Shown one piece after another: positions 51,363-61,881 of a stretch of 64,000 nt of DNA. Under the pieces are notes generated by a model. It made no database searches, had not been told where the DNA came from, and saw only the letters and a list, made by a program, of their open reading frames with translations. The position numbers were made by a program, and so were the translations under genes. Source of the stretch: an uncultured delta proteobacterium (GTDB taxonomy: Bacteria > Desulfobacterota > Desulfomonilia > Desulfomonilales > Desulfomonilaceae). The stretch is taken from contig CAWBKB010000007.1 of the NCBI GenBank assembly GCA_963789265.1, positions 288,001 to 352,000 of the forward strand, given 5' to 3'. Numbering within the stretch: the first letter of the stretch is position 1; each line of letters opens with the position of its first letter.

Positions 51363-52559
51363 ATGGCTGATGGCATAAAGGATAAGGTGGCTATCATCGG
51401 GATGGGTTGTACCCGTTTCGGCGAACACTGGAATCTCGGTGAGGAAGATTTGATTGTCGACGCGTTTACAGAGGCTCTCGACGACGCAGGCATTGAGAAA
51501 AAAGACCTTCAGGCAGCCTGGTTCGGCTCCTGTTACAGCGAAATCAACGTCGGCAAGTCCGGGAATCCGCTGAGTGTGGCTTTGAAACTCCCTTTCATCC
51601 CGGTTACTCGAGTCGAAAATTTTTGCGCTACAGGATCGGAGGCCCTTCGGGGAGCCGTGTACGCTGTTGCCTCGGGAGCATACGACATCTGCCTGGCCGT
51701 AGGGGCGGAAAAGCTCAAAGATGCAGGCTTCGGTGGGCTTCCCGAGTTTTCCACGGCTTTGGGAACAAAATACCGGATGATCGGCCCGAGTGTCAGTGCA
51801 CCGGGAGCTTTCGCGATGATGGCCACACGCTATTTCGACAAGTACGGCTTGAGCCCTGGTGAGGGCAAGGAAATCCTCGCCACGATCTCGGCAAAAAGTC
51901 ACCACAACGGCGCCAAGAACCCGAAAGCTCACCTTCGACGTGAGGTGTCGGTCGACCAAATCCTCAAAAGCCCTATGATCGCCTGGCCTTTGGGCTTGTT
52001 TGACTGCTGCGGGGTCAGTGACGGTGCGGCCGTGGCCATCGTCTGCCGGGCGGACATGGCTAAGAGCTTCAGGAAAGACCCTATATACGTCAAGGCCATG
52101 CAGATGGCCCTGAGTTCAGGTGAGGAGATGATGTATACCGAGTGGGACGGCTCGTACGTCAAGACCGCTGTGAAATGTGCGGCCAGAGCCTATGATGAAG
52201 CCGGCATCAAGAACCCACGTAAAGAAATTAGCTTGATGGAGTTGCACGACTGCTTTTCCATCACCGAACTGGTCACGTACGAAGACCTGGGAATTTCTCC
52301 GCGTGGAAAGGCCGGCAATGATCTGCGAGACGGCTTTTTCAATCTGGACGGCAAGATTCCATGCCAGCCCGACGGAGGCCTGAAGTGCTTCGGTCATCCT
52401 ATCGGCGCTTCGGGACTGAGGATGATGTACGAAATGTACAAACAGCTTCAAGGCAAGGCCGGAGATCGCCAGATCAAAGACCCGAAGATCGGACTTACCC
52501 ACAACATGGGCGGATTTCCCGCCATGAACCTCGTCAGCATCAACATTGTCGGTCTCTGA
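51363..52559 (+). CDS. SCP2-type thiolase
   Basis: VENFCATG, ELHDCF and GHPIGASG; paralog of 12832-14037. Confidence 0.93.
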   Translation: MADGIKDKVAIIGMGCTRFGEHWNLGEEDLIVDAFTEALDDAGIEKKDLQAAWFGSCYSEINVGKSGNPLSVALKLPFIPVTRVENFCATGSEALRGAVYAVASGAYDICLAVGAEKLKDAGFGGLPEFSTALGTKYRMIGPSVSAPGAFAMMATRYFDKYGLSPGEGKEILATISAKSHHNGAKNPKAHLRREVSVDQILKSPMIAWPLGLFDCCGVSDGAAVAIVCRADMAKSFRKDPIYVKAMQMALSSGEEMMYTEWDGSYVKTAVKCAARAYDEAGIKNPRKEISLMELHDCFSITELVTYEDLGISPRGKAGNDLRDGFFNLDGKIPCQPDGGLKCFGHPIGASGLRMMYEMYKQLQGKAGDRQIKDPKIGLTHNMGGFPAMNLVSINIVGL

Positions 52560-52674
52560 TTCCGTTTCGGCACGGTCTCGAACCGGTTCTCCGATCCCAT
52601 GAGAGACGCATAGGAAGGATGGCATTGGGAGGTATCGGCCCTCAAACAAACAGATAGGACATAAGGGAGGCCCC

Positions 52675-54355
52675 ATGAAAACTGTACGAGCAGAAGCCCT
52701 GGTTGAAATCCTACGACCCTGACGTGTTGCCGGAGATAGACATACCGGCCATCTCGGTGAAGGACCTTCTTGTTCAAACGTGCCGCGAATTTCCAAACCG
52801 GGTTGCTCTCTATTTTATGGGGACCTCCATGACCTTCGAAGACCTTCTCGAAAAATCGGGAAGGTTTGCCAAGGGACTCCAAGAGAAAGGGCTCGGGAAA
52901 GGTGATGTGATTTCTGTTTGTCTGCCCAATGTTCCCCAGTACCTGATTGCGGTCCTCGGGACGTTGAGGGCGGGTTGCACGCTATCAGGTTTGTCGCCTC
53001 TGTTCTCTCAGGACGAAATGGTCTATCAACTCAATGATTGCCGAGCCAAGGCACTGATTGTCCTGGACGTGCTTTTCGAGGCAAAAATCATGCCCATTGG
53101 CGACCAAATACCAACTGTGGACCTGATCCTGGTGACTGGCGCAGCGGACATGCTACGGACCGGTGGAGAATTTCCATCTGGGCGATCCTTGAGTGGGAAG
53201 CAAGTCACGTCGTTCATCGAGTTCATGAACAGTTACACCGACGATCCGACCGATAGCAGTTTGGAAAAGCGCGATGCTTGCTATCTCCAATATACCGGCG
53301 GCACTACCGGACAACCAAAGGGGGCGATCCTGACTCATGGAAGCATGATGGCAGACATCAGTCTCTTCAACCATTGGATGAAACTCGAGCGCGGCAAAGA
53401 TGTTTGGCTCACGGCGTTCCCACTCTTTCATATCGCGGGGCTCATGCTTGCAACGTTACCTCTGGTCTCTGGCGATTCGCAAGTCTTGATTCCGGACCCG
53501 AGAAATCTTGAAAAGGTCATCGGCTTTCTTGAAAAACATGAGCCTAGCATCGTGGGGAACGTTCCATCGCTCAGCAGCATGCTGGTGGCGGATGAGCGCT
53601 TCAAACGACTGGATTTCTCCAGCCTCAAGTGCTGGATCTCCGGCGCCGCCCCTTTTCCCGCTGAAGCGATCAGGGCCATAGAAGGCATTATTGGCGAAGG
53701 GAAAGTGGTAGAGGTGTGGGGCATGACCGAGACCAGCCCGGTAATCACGGCTAATCCGGCCCGAGGCAAGAAGAAAGTTGGCTCTGTAGGCCTCCCCCTG
53801 CCAAATCTGGATTTTAGGGTGGTATCCGTCGAGGATGGCGAGACCAAGGTTCCTCTTGGGCAAGTAGGCGAGCTGATCTGCAGCGGCCCAATTGTCATGA
53901 AGGCCTATTTGAACAAGCCTGAAGAGACGGAAACTGCTCTTCGCGTCCATGACGGCAAGATTTGGATGCACACTGGTGATGTGGGCCGTATGGACGAGGA
54001 CGGCTTCGTGTACGTCGTCGACCGGGCCAAAGACATGATCAACGTGAGCGGATACAAAGTTTTTTCCGCGGAAGTGGAAAGTAAATTCTATGAACATCCT
54101 GCAATAGGCATGTGCGCCCTTATCGGTCTTGCCGACCCGAATCGGCTTGGCAGCGAGATCGTCAAACTTGTCGTTCAGAAGAGCGCTGCCTACGCGGATA
54201 AACCCAATTCCGAAGTGGAAGCCGATCTTATCGCTTATGCCAGAAAAAAGATGGCGCCCTATAAGGTTCCCAAGACAATCCAGTTTGTAGATGGCCTTCC
54301 TATGACCTCGGTGGGCAAGGTCGATAAGAAAGCATTACGGACAACATTTTCTTGA
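52675..54355 (+). CDS. Long-chain acyl-CoA ligase (FadD-like), with an apparent +1 error at 52678-52681
   Basis: YTGGTTGQPKG, WGMTE, TGD and VGKVDKKAL; removing one A gives MKLYEQKPWLKSY after RBS GGGAGG. Confidence 0.92.
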
Positions 54356-54408
54356 CCTTCTTGACGGAGGGACTGAAGGATTCAGTATCTCTGGCACGAG
54401 ATAAGCGC

Positions 54409-55404
54409 ATGTGCAAGTTTCAGACAAACGTCACCGAATTGTTAGGCATCAAGTACCCTATCATCGGCGGCGCCATGATGTGGATAAGCACGCCGGAATT
54501 TACCGCTGCCATCTCCAATGCCGGCGGGCTGGGAATCCTGGCTTCAGCGATGTTTGAAAGTGGGGAAGAATTAGGCCATGCGATTGAGCGTGTTTTCGAG
54601 CTCACGGATAAGCCTTTTGCGGTAAACCTTAATCTATTCCCTACGATGCGCCCCGTGGAAAACGACGATTATCTGGATGTCCTTGTTGAAAAGGGCGTTA
54701 AGATCGTGGAAACATCCGGCCATTCTGTTCCCGCGGAGTGGTGCCGGCGGTTCAAGGAATCGCGGCTTATCTGGATGCACAAGTGCACCGGATCCCGCTA
54801 CGCCCGCAGGGTCGAGCAGATGGGTGCGGACATCATAACCGTGGTGGGATATGAGAATGGAGGAGCGACAGGCAAACTTGACATCGGCACGCTAGTCCTG
54901 GTGCCGCGCGTTGTAGAAAGCGTCAAGGTCCCGGTTATCGGCGGCGGCGGTGTGTGTGACGGAAAGAGTTTTCTCGCAGTGCTCGCTCTCGGAGCGGAGG
55001 GTGCGATTATGGGCACTCGTTTGCTCACCACTCAGGAGGCGCCGATTCATGACAACTTGAAACAGGCCCTGATTAACGCTCAAGAACTGGACACAATGCT
55101 AATCATGCGCTCTGTAGGGTCTACACGGAGGATCTGGACTAATGCAGCGGCCCTAAAATGTGCCGAGTTGGAAGCCGGCCAATGCGAGCCTGCCGAACTC
55201 TTAGAGGTTGCCGCCGGAGCCAAGGGCAAGAAAATGTACGAAGAGGGCGCTTTGGATGTGGACATCCTTCCGTGTGGTCAATGCGTGGGTCTCTGTCACG
55301 ATCTTCCGACGGTGGCGAAACTTTTTGACCGCGTGGCCTCGGAAGCTGCGGCCATAGCCGCCAAGCTTGCTGCGGGGCGCTCGTTGCGGGAGGAATGTTC
55401 GTGA
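54409..55404 (+). CDS. Nitronate monooxygenase/FabK-like flavoprotein
   Basis: LLGIKYPIIGG, SNAGGLG, GYENGG and PVIGGGGVCDG..GTR. Confidence 0.9.
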   Translation: MCKFQTNVTELLGIKYPIIGGAMMWISTPEFTAAISNAGGLGILASAMFESGEELGHAIERVFELTDKPFAVNLNLFPTMRPVENDDYLDVLVEKGVKIVETSGHSVPAEWCRRFKESRLIWMHKCTGSRYARRVEQMGADIITVVGYENGGATGKLDIGTLVLVPRVVESVKVPVIGGGGVCDGKSFLAVLALGAEGAIMGTRLLTTQEAPIHDNLKQALINAQELDTMLIMRSVGSTRRIWTNAAALKCAELEAGQCEPAELLEVAAGAKGKKMYEEGALDVDILPCGQCVGLCHDLPTVAKLFDRVASEAAAIAAKLAAGRSLREECS

Positions 55405-55509
55405 GAGCCGATCGATCGACTCGTTACAGTATCTGGTTTCAGTCGTCGCCGTCAGGAAAGCTGCATTTCCCGCAGACATGAAACCATGCCCAAATGTCGC
55501 GGACCCGTC

Positions 55510-55797
55510 TTATTCTCCCATCACGGTCGGGAAAACTGCCAACCAGTCTCCTTCTTGCAATTCAGTATCGAGGCGGTCCTTGAAGTGTCTGTAGTGACGC
55601 CCATTCAACAAGATCTGATAATAGGGTGTAAAGTCCTGGGTCCGGGAATCGAAAATCAATTCTCTCACTTGTTCATGTCGATTCGACAACTCGATCAAGG
55701 CCTCACGCATAGTGGATTTTTCCATGTCCAGCTCGATCTCACCAGTCCCGCCAATTGCTTCCCTTACCGACAAAAAACCTTTTATAGTAATTCTCAT
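55510..55797 (-). CDS. MoaD/ThiS-like beta-grasp protein ending GE instead of GG
   Basis: ILLNGRH..LDTELQEGDWLAVFPTVMGE*. Confidence 0.8.
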   Translation of the reverse strand: MRITIKGFLSVREAIGGTGEIELDMEKSTMREALIELSNRHEQVRELIFDSRTQDFTPYYQILLNGRHYRHFKDRLDTELQEGDWLAVFPTVMGE

Positions 55798-56056
55798 TGG
55801 CAAGACCCTATCGGTTTTTAACTCGCATCGCTTATATATGTGCGAACGCGGCAAATGAGTTGGCCCCCGGACCTGAATCAGGCGGCGTAATACCACACTG
55901 TGCTTGCATACGAGCAACATTGACAGGCCGGTTCGCCGTAGGTCTCGACCGATCTCCTCCACTACGAACAGCGCAGTTTGACCTCGTTTTCGAGGCGGAC
56001 TGCCGATCTCACGTGATGGCACTAATTGTGGTGAAACCTGTCATCGAGACCGTTCC

Positions 56057-56884
56057 CTAGTTCGACAGGCCCAAAGTCTGCAGAATCTCTCGCACGGCCA
56101 GAACGCTCGGAGAGTGGTCGGGGAGTTCCACTGTGGGTCTACCCCGCAAGTCATATTCGGTGACATTCTTATCCTCTGGAATAAAGCCGACAACATCCAA
56201 ACCCATGCTTGCTGCTCGCTCCGCTAATTGGCCTGAGTCCTCGCCTATTCTGTTAATGATCAACCCGATTTTGCACGACTCTTGCACCCCGTACTCTTTT
56301 GCTATGTCATTAAGGTATGCTGCTGTGCGAATACCTTTGATCGTGGCATCCGATACCATGAGCAAGGCACTGATTTTATTGATGACCAGTCTATTAATTT
56401 GCTCCAATCCAGCTTCGCAATCGACCAAGGTAACCTTGAATCTATTGGAGAGTGACTCTATTCCAAATTTCAAAAGCTCGTTGACCCCGCAAAAACACCC
56501 TGGTCCCTCCGCGCGGCCTAATACGAGTAAATGCATCCCATTCAAATCAATGAGTGCCTCTTCAACGATAACATCCCTAATGTGTTTGTCACCGATTCTC
56601 CTTTTCTCATCAGGGTCTTCGATCATCTTTTTTCTCAATTCAGCGATTGTCTTCGATGGGTTCGCTCCCAAAGCATACGCCAGGCTTACCGGCGGATCGG
56701 CGTCCACAACCAGGGGCGGAGATCCATCTGCTGCCAGGAGTTTTGCTATGACTGCTACGGTAGTGGTTTTTCCGACTCCACCTTTTCCGACGACAGCTAT
56801 AACCTCTGTTTTCGGTAGGCTACTGTCACGATCTATCTCAAAGTGTCTGCTAGTGCGAACCGGATCACAATGCGTTTGCATCAT
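56057..56884 (-). CDS. cooC: CooC/AcsF-like ATPase (metal insertion)
   Basis: GKGGVGKTT, DADP, EGPGCFC and DCEAGLE; RBS GGAGG. Confidence 0.85.
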   Translation of the reverse strand: MMQTHCDPVRTSRHFEIDRDSSLPKTEVIAVVGKGGVGKTTTVAVIAKLLAADGSPPLVVDADPPVSLAYALGANPSKTIAELRKKMIEDPDEKRRIGDKHIRDVIVEEALIDLNGMHLLVLGRAEGPGCFCGVNELLKFGIESLSNRFKVTLVDCEAGLEQINRLVINKISALLMVSDATIKGIRTAAYLNDIAKEYGVQESCKIGLIINRIGEDSGQLAERAASMGLDVVGFIPEDKNVTEYDLRGRPTVELPDHSPSVLAVREILQTLGLSN

Positions 56885-57066
56885 GCGACCTCCAGGATCA
56901 AGGTACGAGACCAGATTTACAGAATTCACCTTCGCTCCGCCTATTGCATATATTTGACCTGCCTGCGGTCCGATGGATGAAATCATTTCGCTCAATCCAG
57001 CGGGATTTTCGATGTCGGGAACTTGGGGAATACTGCATCGCTTCGCGACCCAACATCCAGCCATGA

Positions 57067-57861
57067 TTATCGCTTTCGATCACGCTCTGCTCTTTCCCTG
57101 GCAAAAAGGGCTGCTCCGAGGGCCCCCACAATCTGCGGATCAACGCCGTTTTGCTCGAACACCGGGACCTTCAGAACTTCTTTCAGACTCTTGACGACAG
57201 CGGAATTCTTGGCTACGCCCCCTGTCATAGCCACCACTTCCCGTATGCCAACCTTCTTGGTTATCTTGCTTATTCTCTCCGCCATAGCCCGGTTTACTCC
57301 CGCGGCGATATCAGCCACATCTTTTCCATCATTGAGCATGCACATCACGTCGAACTGGGCTAGCACGCTACATGTCTTGGTAATTCCGATTGGAGACTCC
57401 GATTGGAACGACATCGGCCCCAATTCTTCAAGTTCAACGCCCAAAACCTTGGCCATACCCTCCAAGAACCTCCCCGTCCCCGCAGCACACTTGTCGTTCA
57501 TCGTGAAATCTACCATGTAACCAAGCTTGTCCAATCTGATTACCTTGCAGTCCTGACCGCCGATATCGATGACGGTTCGGACCTCCGGATTTATCCAGTG
57601 GGCGCCCCTGCCGTGACACGATATCTCTGATATGCTGCTGTTGGCGAACGGGATCTTTTCCCTGCCGTAGCCGGTGCTCACGCAATAATCGATACCGTCA
57701 AAGGAGAGACCGGCGGCGGCAAGAGTTTTGGTCATAACATCGTATGCCGTCTGCTCGGGCCTGGGCCTGACTCTCATGATTTCATAGGCCATGATCGAGT
57801 CATCTGCCATGATTACCGCTTCGCCCGAGAGTGAGCCTACGTCACAGCCTGCAACGATCAT
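57067..57861 (-). CDS. ASKHA-type activase subunit (HgdC/BzdQ-like)
   Basis: TGYGR, EISCHGRG, DIGGQD, MNDKCAAGTG, TCSV and TGGVAKN. Confidence 0.92.
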   Translation of the reverse strand: MIVAGCDVGSLSGEAVIMADDSIMAYEIMRVRPRPEQTAYDVMTKTLAAAGLSFDGIDYCVSTGYGREKIPFANSSISEISCHGRGAHWINPEVRTVIDIGGQDCKVIRLDKLGYMVDFTMNDKCAAGTGRFLEGMAKVLGVELEELGPMSFQSESPIGITKTCSVLAQFDVMCMLNDGKDVADIAAGVNRAMAERISKITKKVGIREVVAMTGGVAKNSAVVKSLKEVLKVPVFEQNGVDPQIVGALGAALFARERAERDRKR

Positions 57862-58089
57862 CGATCTTCCTCTCTTCTAAGAATCGTGGCTCATAGCCGT
57901 TGATCGGAGAGACTACCCGTGCGCCTTACAAAGCGCACCGAAGTTTCTTTGAGACAAATGTGCGACGACGCCAACTGGGCAGGTCTTGCATCGTAGGCAC
58001 TACCCGCTCTGATTTCCCTTTTCCGTTGAACTCCGCGACTTGCTTTGCCTGATAGCGACACATGCTCGGTGGCCGAGGGAATATTGGGG

Positions 58090-58854
58090 TCACGAGGCGC
58101 TGAGTGCCGCACCGATGGCGCATACTAACTGGGAGTCCACCGGAATGCGTGTTGCCTCGACTCCTAGGTTTTGTTCCAAGGTGCTTACAACACACTCGTT
58201 CTTGGCAACTCCACCGGTCACAACAACTTCTCTTCGAATGCCGAGTCTCTTGACCATGGTGGCGACACTAAGGGCTAAGGAATGACTAATGCCGGCAGCG
58301 ATGTCCGCAGCTTCTACCCCCTCATTCACGTGGGTCACTATCTCGCTCTCCCGAAAAACTGCGCATTGGGAACTTATATGAACTTTGCCCTTGGCTGACA
58401 GAGATATAGGCCCAAGATCTTCCACACGTAACTCTAGAGCCTGTGCAGCCAGTTCCAGAAAAAATCCCGTACCCGCCGCACACCTGTCACTTGCGCGATA
58501 TTCCAGTACCTTGCCCTTTTCGTTGACCCCAATGGCGATACTACTCAACCCGCCAATGTCCACCAGAGTCCTGGCAGACGGCAACATCCAGTGGGTTCCT
58601 TTGGCAAGACAATTGATTACGCTTTCCTTGCTGTGAGAAAAGGGCAAATACTTTTCTCCCCAACCAGTGCCGCCGCAATATGCGATTCCGTCCAGGCCGA
58701 CGCCCGCTTTTGACAGTACAGTGGTTACCGAGTCTTCTATTGCTTGGGTCAGCTTGCCCCGGTTAGGGGTAATGTCGTACGCTAATATAGAGCGGTCGTT
58801 CAAGATAACGGTCTTGGTAACGATGGCACCGATATCGCAACCCAGCCTTATCAT
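58090..58854 (-). CDS. Second, divergent activase subunit (BzdP-like)
   Basis: TGWG, DIGGLS, DRCAAGTG, QCAVF and TGGVAKN. Confidence 0.88.
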   Translation of the reverse strand: MIRLGCDIGAIVTKTVILNDRSILAYDITPNRGKLTQAIEDSVTTVLSKAGVGLDGIAYCGGTGWGEKYLPFSHSKESVINCLAKGTHWMLPSARTLVDIGGLSSIAIGVNEKGKVLEYRASDRCAAGTGFFLELAAQALELRVEDLGPISLSAKGKVHISSQCAVFRESEIVTHVNEGVEAADIAAGISHSLALSVATMVKRLGIRREVVVTGGVAKNECVVSTLEQNLGVEATRIPVDSQLVCAIGAALSAS

Positions 58855-58930
58855 ATCAATCCTCCTCACCGGATGTCCGTACCCGCGTTGTTTCCGGTGA
58901 AACCCTACATGCCGGATGGCCATGAATTCT

Positions 58931-60325
58931 CTAGAGTGTTGTAAGAAACTCCTCCAGGACCCGTCTAAGCTCAGCAGGAGGCGTGAATCTCTTGTCGAGC
59001 ATATCCATTTCGAACCTTAGAGTGGGAACCCCGGTCTCCTCTTTGACTTTGTCGCTCAACAGCTTGTTGAGTGCCCAAAAGTGCTTACACGCCATGTGGC
59101 CGCCTATGACCAGAGCGTCTGCTCGAAATTCCTTGACTATTCGAACGAAATCATCGACCCACACGTCCGAAAAGCCCATCGACTGCCGTCCCATGGGCAT
59201 CTGCATTACCCTCCAGGCAAGGCCTTCAATCATGGTTTCCGTACTGGTCGTATCAACAAAGCCCACTTCAGGATGCATATAGGTGAGTGTGTCCGCTATA
59301 TAAGTGGCACCGTGCTCCTGCTCCAACCATTCAAAGAATGTCAGATCGTACGCCTCCCACGTGTATCCCCACACGAGCCTCTTTTCCTTCATGCCTTTTG
59401 GGATTACTCCTTCGCCTCTGTCTGCCCTTGCCTTTACGTCTTCGTACAGAGTTCTGAAATAGTTGAGTCCCATGGGAGTTCCCAACTGGGTCATGAAGAT
59501 GGTCTCCGCCGGGCGATGCCAGCCCGTGTCAGGGCACGGAACTAATTTTTTCAACTCCTGGGTTTTGAGGATGTAGTCTACGGCCTCGTTGCCGATCTTG
59601 CAGTAAGCCCGCAGCTTGTCCTCGTCGAGAGTCCTTCCAGTGATTTTTTCCAATTGTTCGACAAGCCTCTTCATTTCGCCTACGGTAAACTTGAGACCCC
59701 GTTCATTACGATAATATGGGGTTTCAATGGTTACGAGAGGAACATCGAATTTATGGGCAGTCCACTCGTACAGCCTATTACTGGAGTCACAAGGTGTCGC
59801 GGATTTCACAAGAACATCCGGTTTTGGCATCATTCCCATCAAGAGGTATCCTGCCGGACCCTTTTGCGCGGAACAGAGGTGGTCGGGATAGCCCTCGGCC
59901 TCGATTCTGTCGATGCCCGGTTCGGCGCCGTCTTTGTAGAGAGGCGCTGAGAGGCCGGCCGATATCTCGTAGCATACGGGTATCAGATCCATGGCCAAAA
60001 TAATCTCAACGCTGATAGGAAAATAATAGTAAATGGCCGGTTTTCCTGCGTCCAACCCTTCGTTGCAAAAGTCCACGAAGTCCACCACACAGTCGAGCAA
60101 AGCGCCCGCGACTTTCTTGTTCTTTTCTTTGAGGATAGTATCGATCAGGGCTGGCTGTACCATGTCAAAGTTGCTCTGAAGGTTTGCAGGCAGGATTTCC
60201 CGAACCGTTTCTATCCCGCCCCAGTCGTCCAAGCATGTAAGGCCTTCCTGCTTCAACACGAACTTGGCCAGGTCTCCGGTAAGCTTTAACCTGTCAAAAA
60301 TGGCCCTATCTTTTCTGTTATTCAT
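58931..60325 (-). CDS. 2-hydroxyacyl-CoA dehydratase/class I aryl-CoA reductase subunit (HgdA/BzdO-like)
   Basis: GYPDHLCS, TPCD, HMACK and GVPTLRFEMD..D.R. Confidence 0.85.
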   Translation of the reverse strand: MNNRKDRAIFDRLKLTGDLAKFVLKQEGLTCLDDWGGIETVREILPANLQSNFDMVQPALIDTILKEKNKKVAGALLDCVVDFVDFCNEGLDAGKPAIYYYFPISVEIILAMDLIPVCYEISAGLSAPLYKDGAEPGIDRIEAEGYPDHLCSAQKGPAGYLLMGMMPKPDVLVKSATPCDSSNRLYEWTAHKFDVPLVTIETPYYRNERGLKFTVGEMKRLVEQLEKITGRTLDEDKLRAYCKIGNEAVDYILKTQELKKLVPCPDTGWHRPAETIFMTQLGTPMGLNYFRTLYEDVKARADRGEGVIPKGMKEKRLVWGYTWEAYDLTFFEWLEQEHGATYIADTLTYMHPEVGFVDTTSTETMIEGLAWRVMQMPMGRQSMGFSDVWVDDFVRIVKEFRADALVIGGHMACKHFWALNKLLSDKVKEETGVPTLRFEMDMLDKRFTPPAELRRVLEEFLTTL

Positions 60326-60330
60326 TTCTC

Positions 60331-61455
60331 CTACCTCCTCGCGATCCTCTCCATGAATGCTTCCACCCGCGTCTTCAACCTTCCTATGTCGGACAGCATG
60401 TATTCTCTTTCCAGGATCAAAACAGGTATGCCTTTGGCTTCGAGTTCGTCGGCAAGCATGGGGCTTTCAACCGCATGGTTGTCGCAGAAGACAATTTTCT
60501 GGAGAATAACGCCGTCCACATTGGCTCCCCTAGCCAAATCTTCAGTGGACTTCAGCCGGTTCTTAAATTGGTTCATCATTCGGGGACACGGGTTGCCATA
60601 GTAGTAGCGCTTGGCGATGGCGTCCAACGGGGCTCCGTTTTCCTCCACCATGTCAAGGAAATGTCGTGAGCCAAAACAGAGAGAATCGGTAACAACCACT
60701 CCCCCCAGCCCTTCTATCACTTCCAGCAACTGCGGATCATCCAGGGCAGAGCCTCCCACCATCAACCTGGCCCTGTAGTTTGAGATGCCGTCTCTATTGT
60801 TGATCTCGCCCAGAGCCTCGGCCAACAGACCATTGTATTTCTCCCGCGGCATAATGCAGCCCGAGAGCAGGATTCTCATTGCGTCCGCACCGGTGATGGG
60901 GACAGCCTCGGCTTTTCTCAGCTCATAAAGCTGTTCGATCAAGCTCCTGCTCTCGTTGTAGATCTTCACGGATTCTTTCAGATCCCCATTGGAAATCTTT
61001 GCCCCAAAGTCTTTCGATAGTTTTTTGGTGAAATTGGAGATCTCTTCTTTGTACCACTCAAAGCCCGCATCGTAGACGGAATGAGGCACCGCAACCATGT
61101 ACATGTGTTCCGTCTTGCCGTGCTTTTCCCAGATTTCATAAAGGCGCCGGATCTGCTCGCAACCATTCAACAGGCAGAATCCATCCAGGAAGTCATACTC
61201 CCCTGACAGACCGGCCTGCAGAACGCAACGAGAGAAGGTGCAGTTGAAGCGATGCAGGTAGATGTCGGCCAGGTCAGTTTCAGTGGTCCCTCTCGCCTCC
61301 ACCCGGTACGGAAGAATACCCGCGGCGTGGATAATTTCTTCCGGCACGTACCGACATGCGTACCCCACAACGTGGCCTCCGGCTTGCTTCCAGTGGTTGA
61401 TGTGCGGATTCTCCATGCGATTAGGCAGCGCTAATAGTTCATTCAGGGCGCTCAT
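60331..61455 (-). CDS. 2-hydroxyacyl-CoA dehydratase/class I aryl-CoA reductase subunit (HgdB/BzdN-like)
   Basis: YVPEEIIHAAG, NCTF, NGCE, LCFGSR, PCPRM, VFCD and LKTRVEAFME. Confidence 0.9.
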   Translation of the reverse strand: MSALNELLALPNRMENPHINHWKQAGGHVVGYACRYVPEEIIHAAGILPYRVEARGTTETDLADIYLHRFNCTFSRCVLQAGLSGEYDFLDGFCLLNGCEQIRRLYEIWEKHGKTEHMYMVAVPHSVYDAGFEWYKEEISNFTKKLSKDFGAKISNGDLKESVKIYNESRSLIEQLYELRKAEAVPITGADAMRILLSGCIMPREKYNGLLAEALGEINNRDGISNYRARLMVGGSALDDPQLLEVIEGLGGVVVTDSLCFGSRHFLDMVEENGAPLDAIAKRYYYGNPCPRMMNQFKNRLKSTEDLARGANVDGVILQKIVFCDNHAVESPMLADELEAKGIPVLILEREYMLSDIGRLKTRVEAFMERIARR

Positions 61456-61533
61456 GCTTGCCTCCTTGAGTCATTTGTTATGCCTTGCTTGTCAACCAGT
61501 CATTCGGTTTTCATGTTTGGCTCTCCTCGACTC

Positions 61534-61800
61534 TCATCTTTTTTTGAAAAGCTTTTGGGTGACGGTGAGCAGCAGACTCTCCCTAAATTCCAGTAACTGG
61601 GGAATCGCGTACGGAGGAAGCTTCTCCCTGCAATGCGTCACGATTTCGTCAGCACCGACATTGCCTCTAGAAGACACTTTGAGAACAACGAACACTTTTA
61701 CTTTTTCGCTGCCTGGAAGCTCCGGATCATGAACTCCTATCGTCACCGCGCGGCTGCTGGGGAATGCTCGAAAAGAACCTCGTTTTGTCTGGCTGAACAG
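61534..61800 (-). pseudogene. C-terminal remnant of an acyl-CoA ligase
   Basis: EVLFEH..IGVHDPELPGSEKVKVFVVLK..CREKLPPYAIP..FRESLLLTVTQKLFKK. Confidence 0.75.
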
Positions 61801-61881
61801 CCTTATCGCCGTGGACGTTGCTCGTGTCCTTGTTTCGATTCACGAGATAGAAATACCGTCATCATCCAGGCGGCGGAGCCT

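Noticed and set aside
54391..54406. Sigma54 promoter TGGCACGAGATAAGC
   Set aside because: The -12 element is poor and it is too close to the start codon
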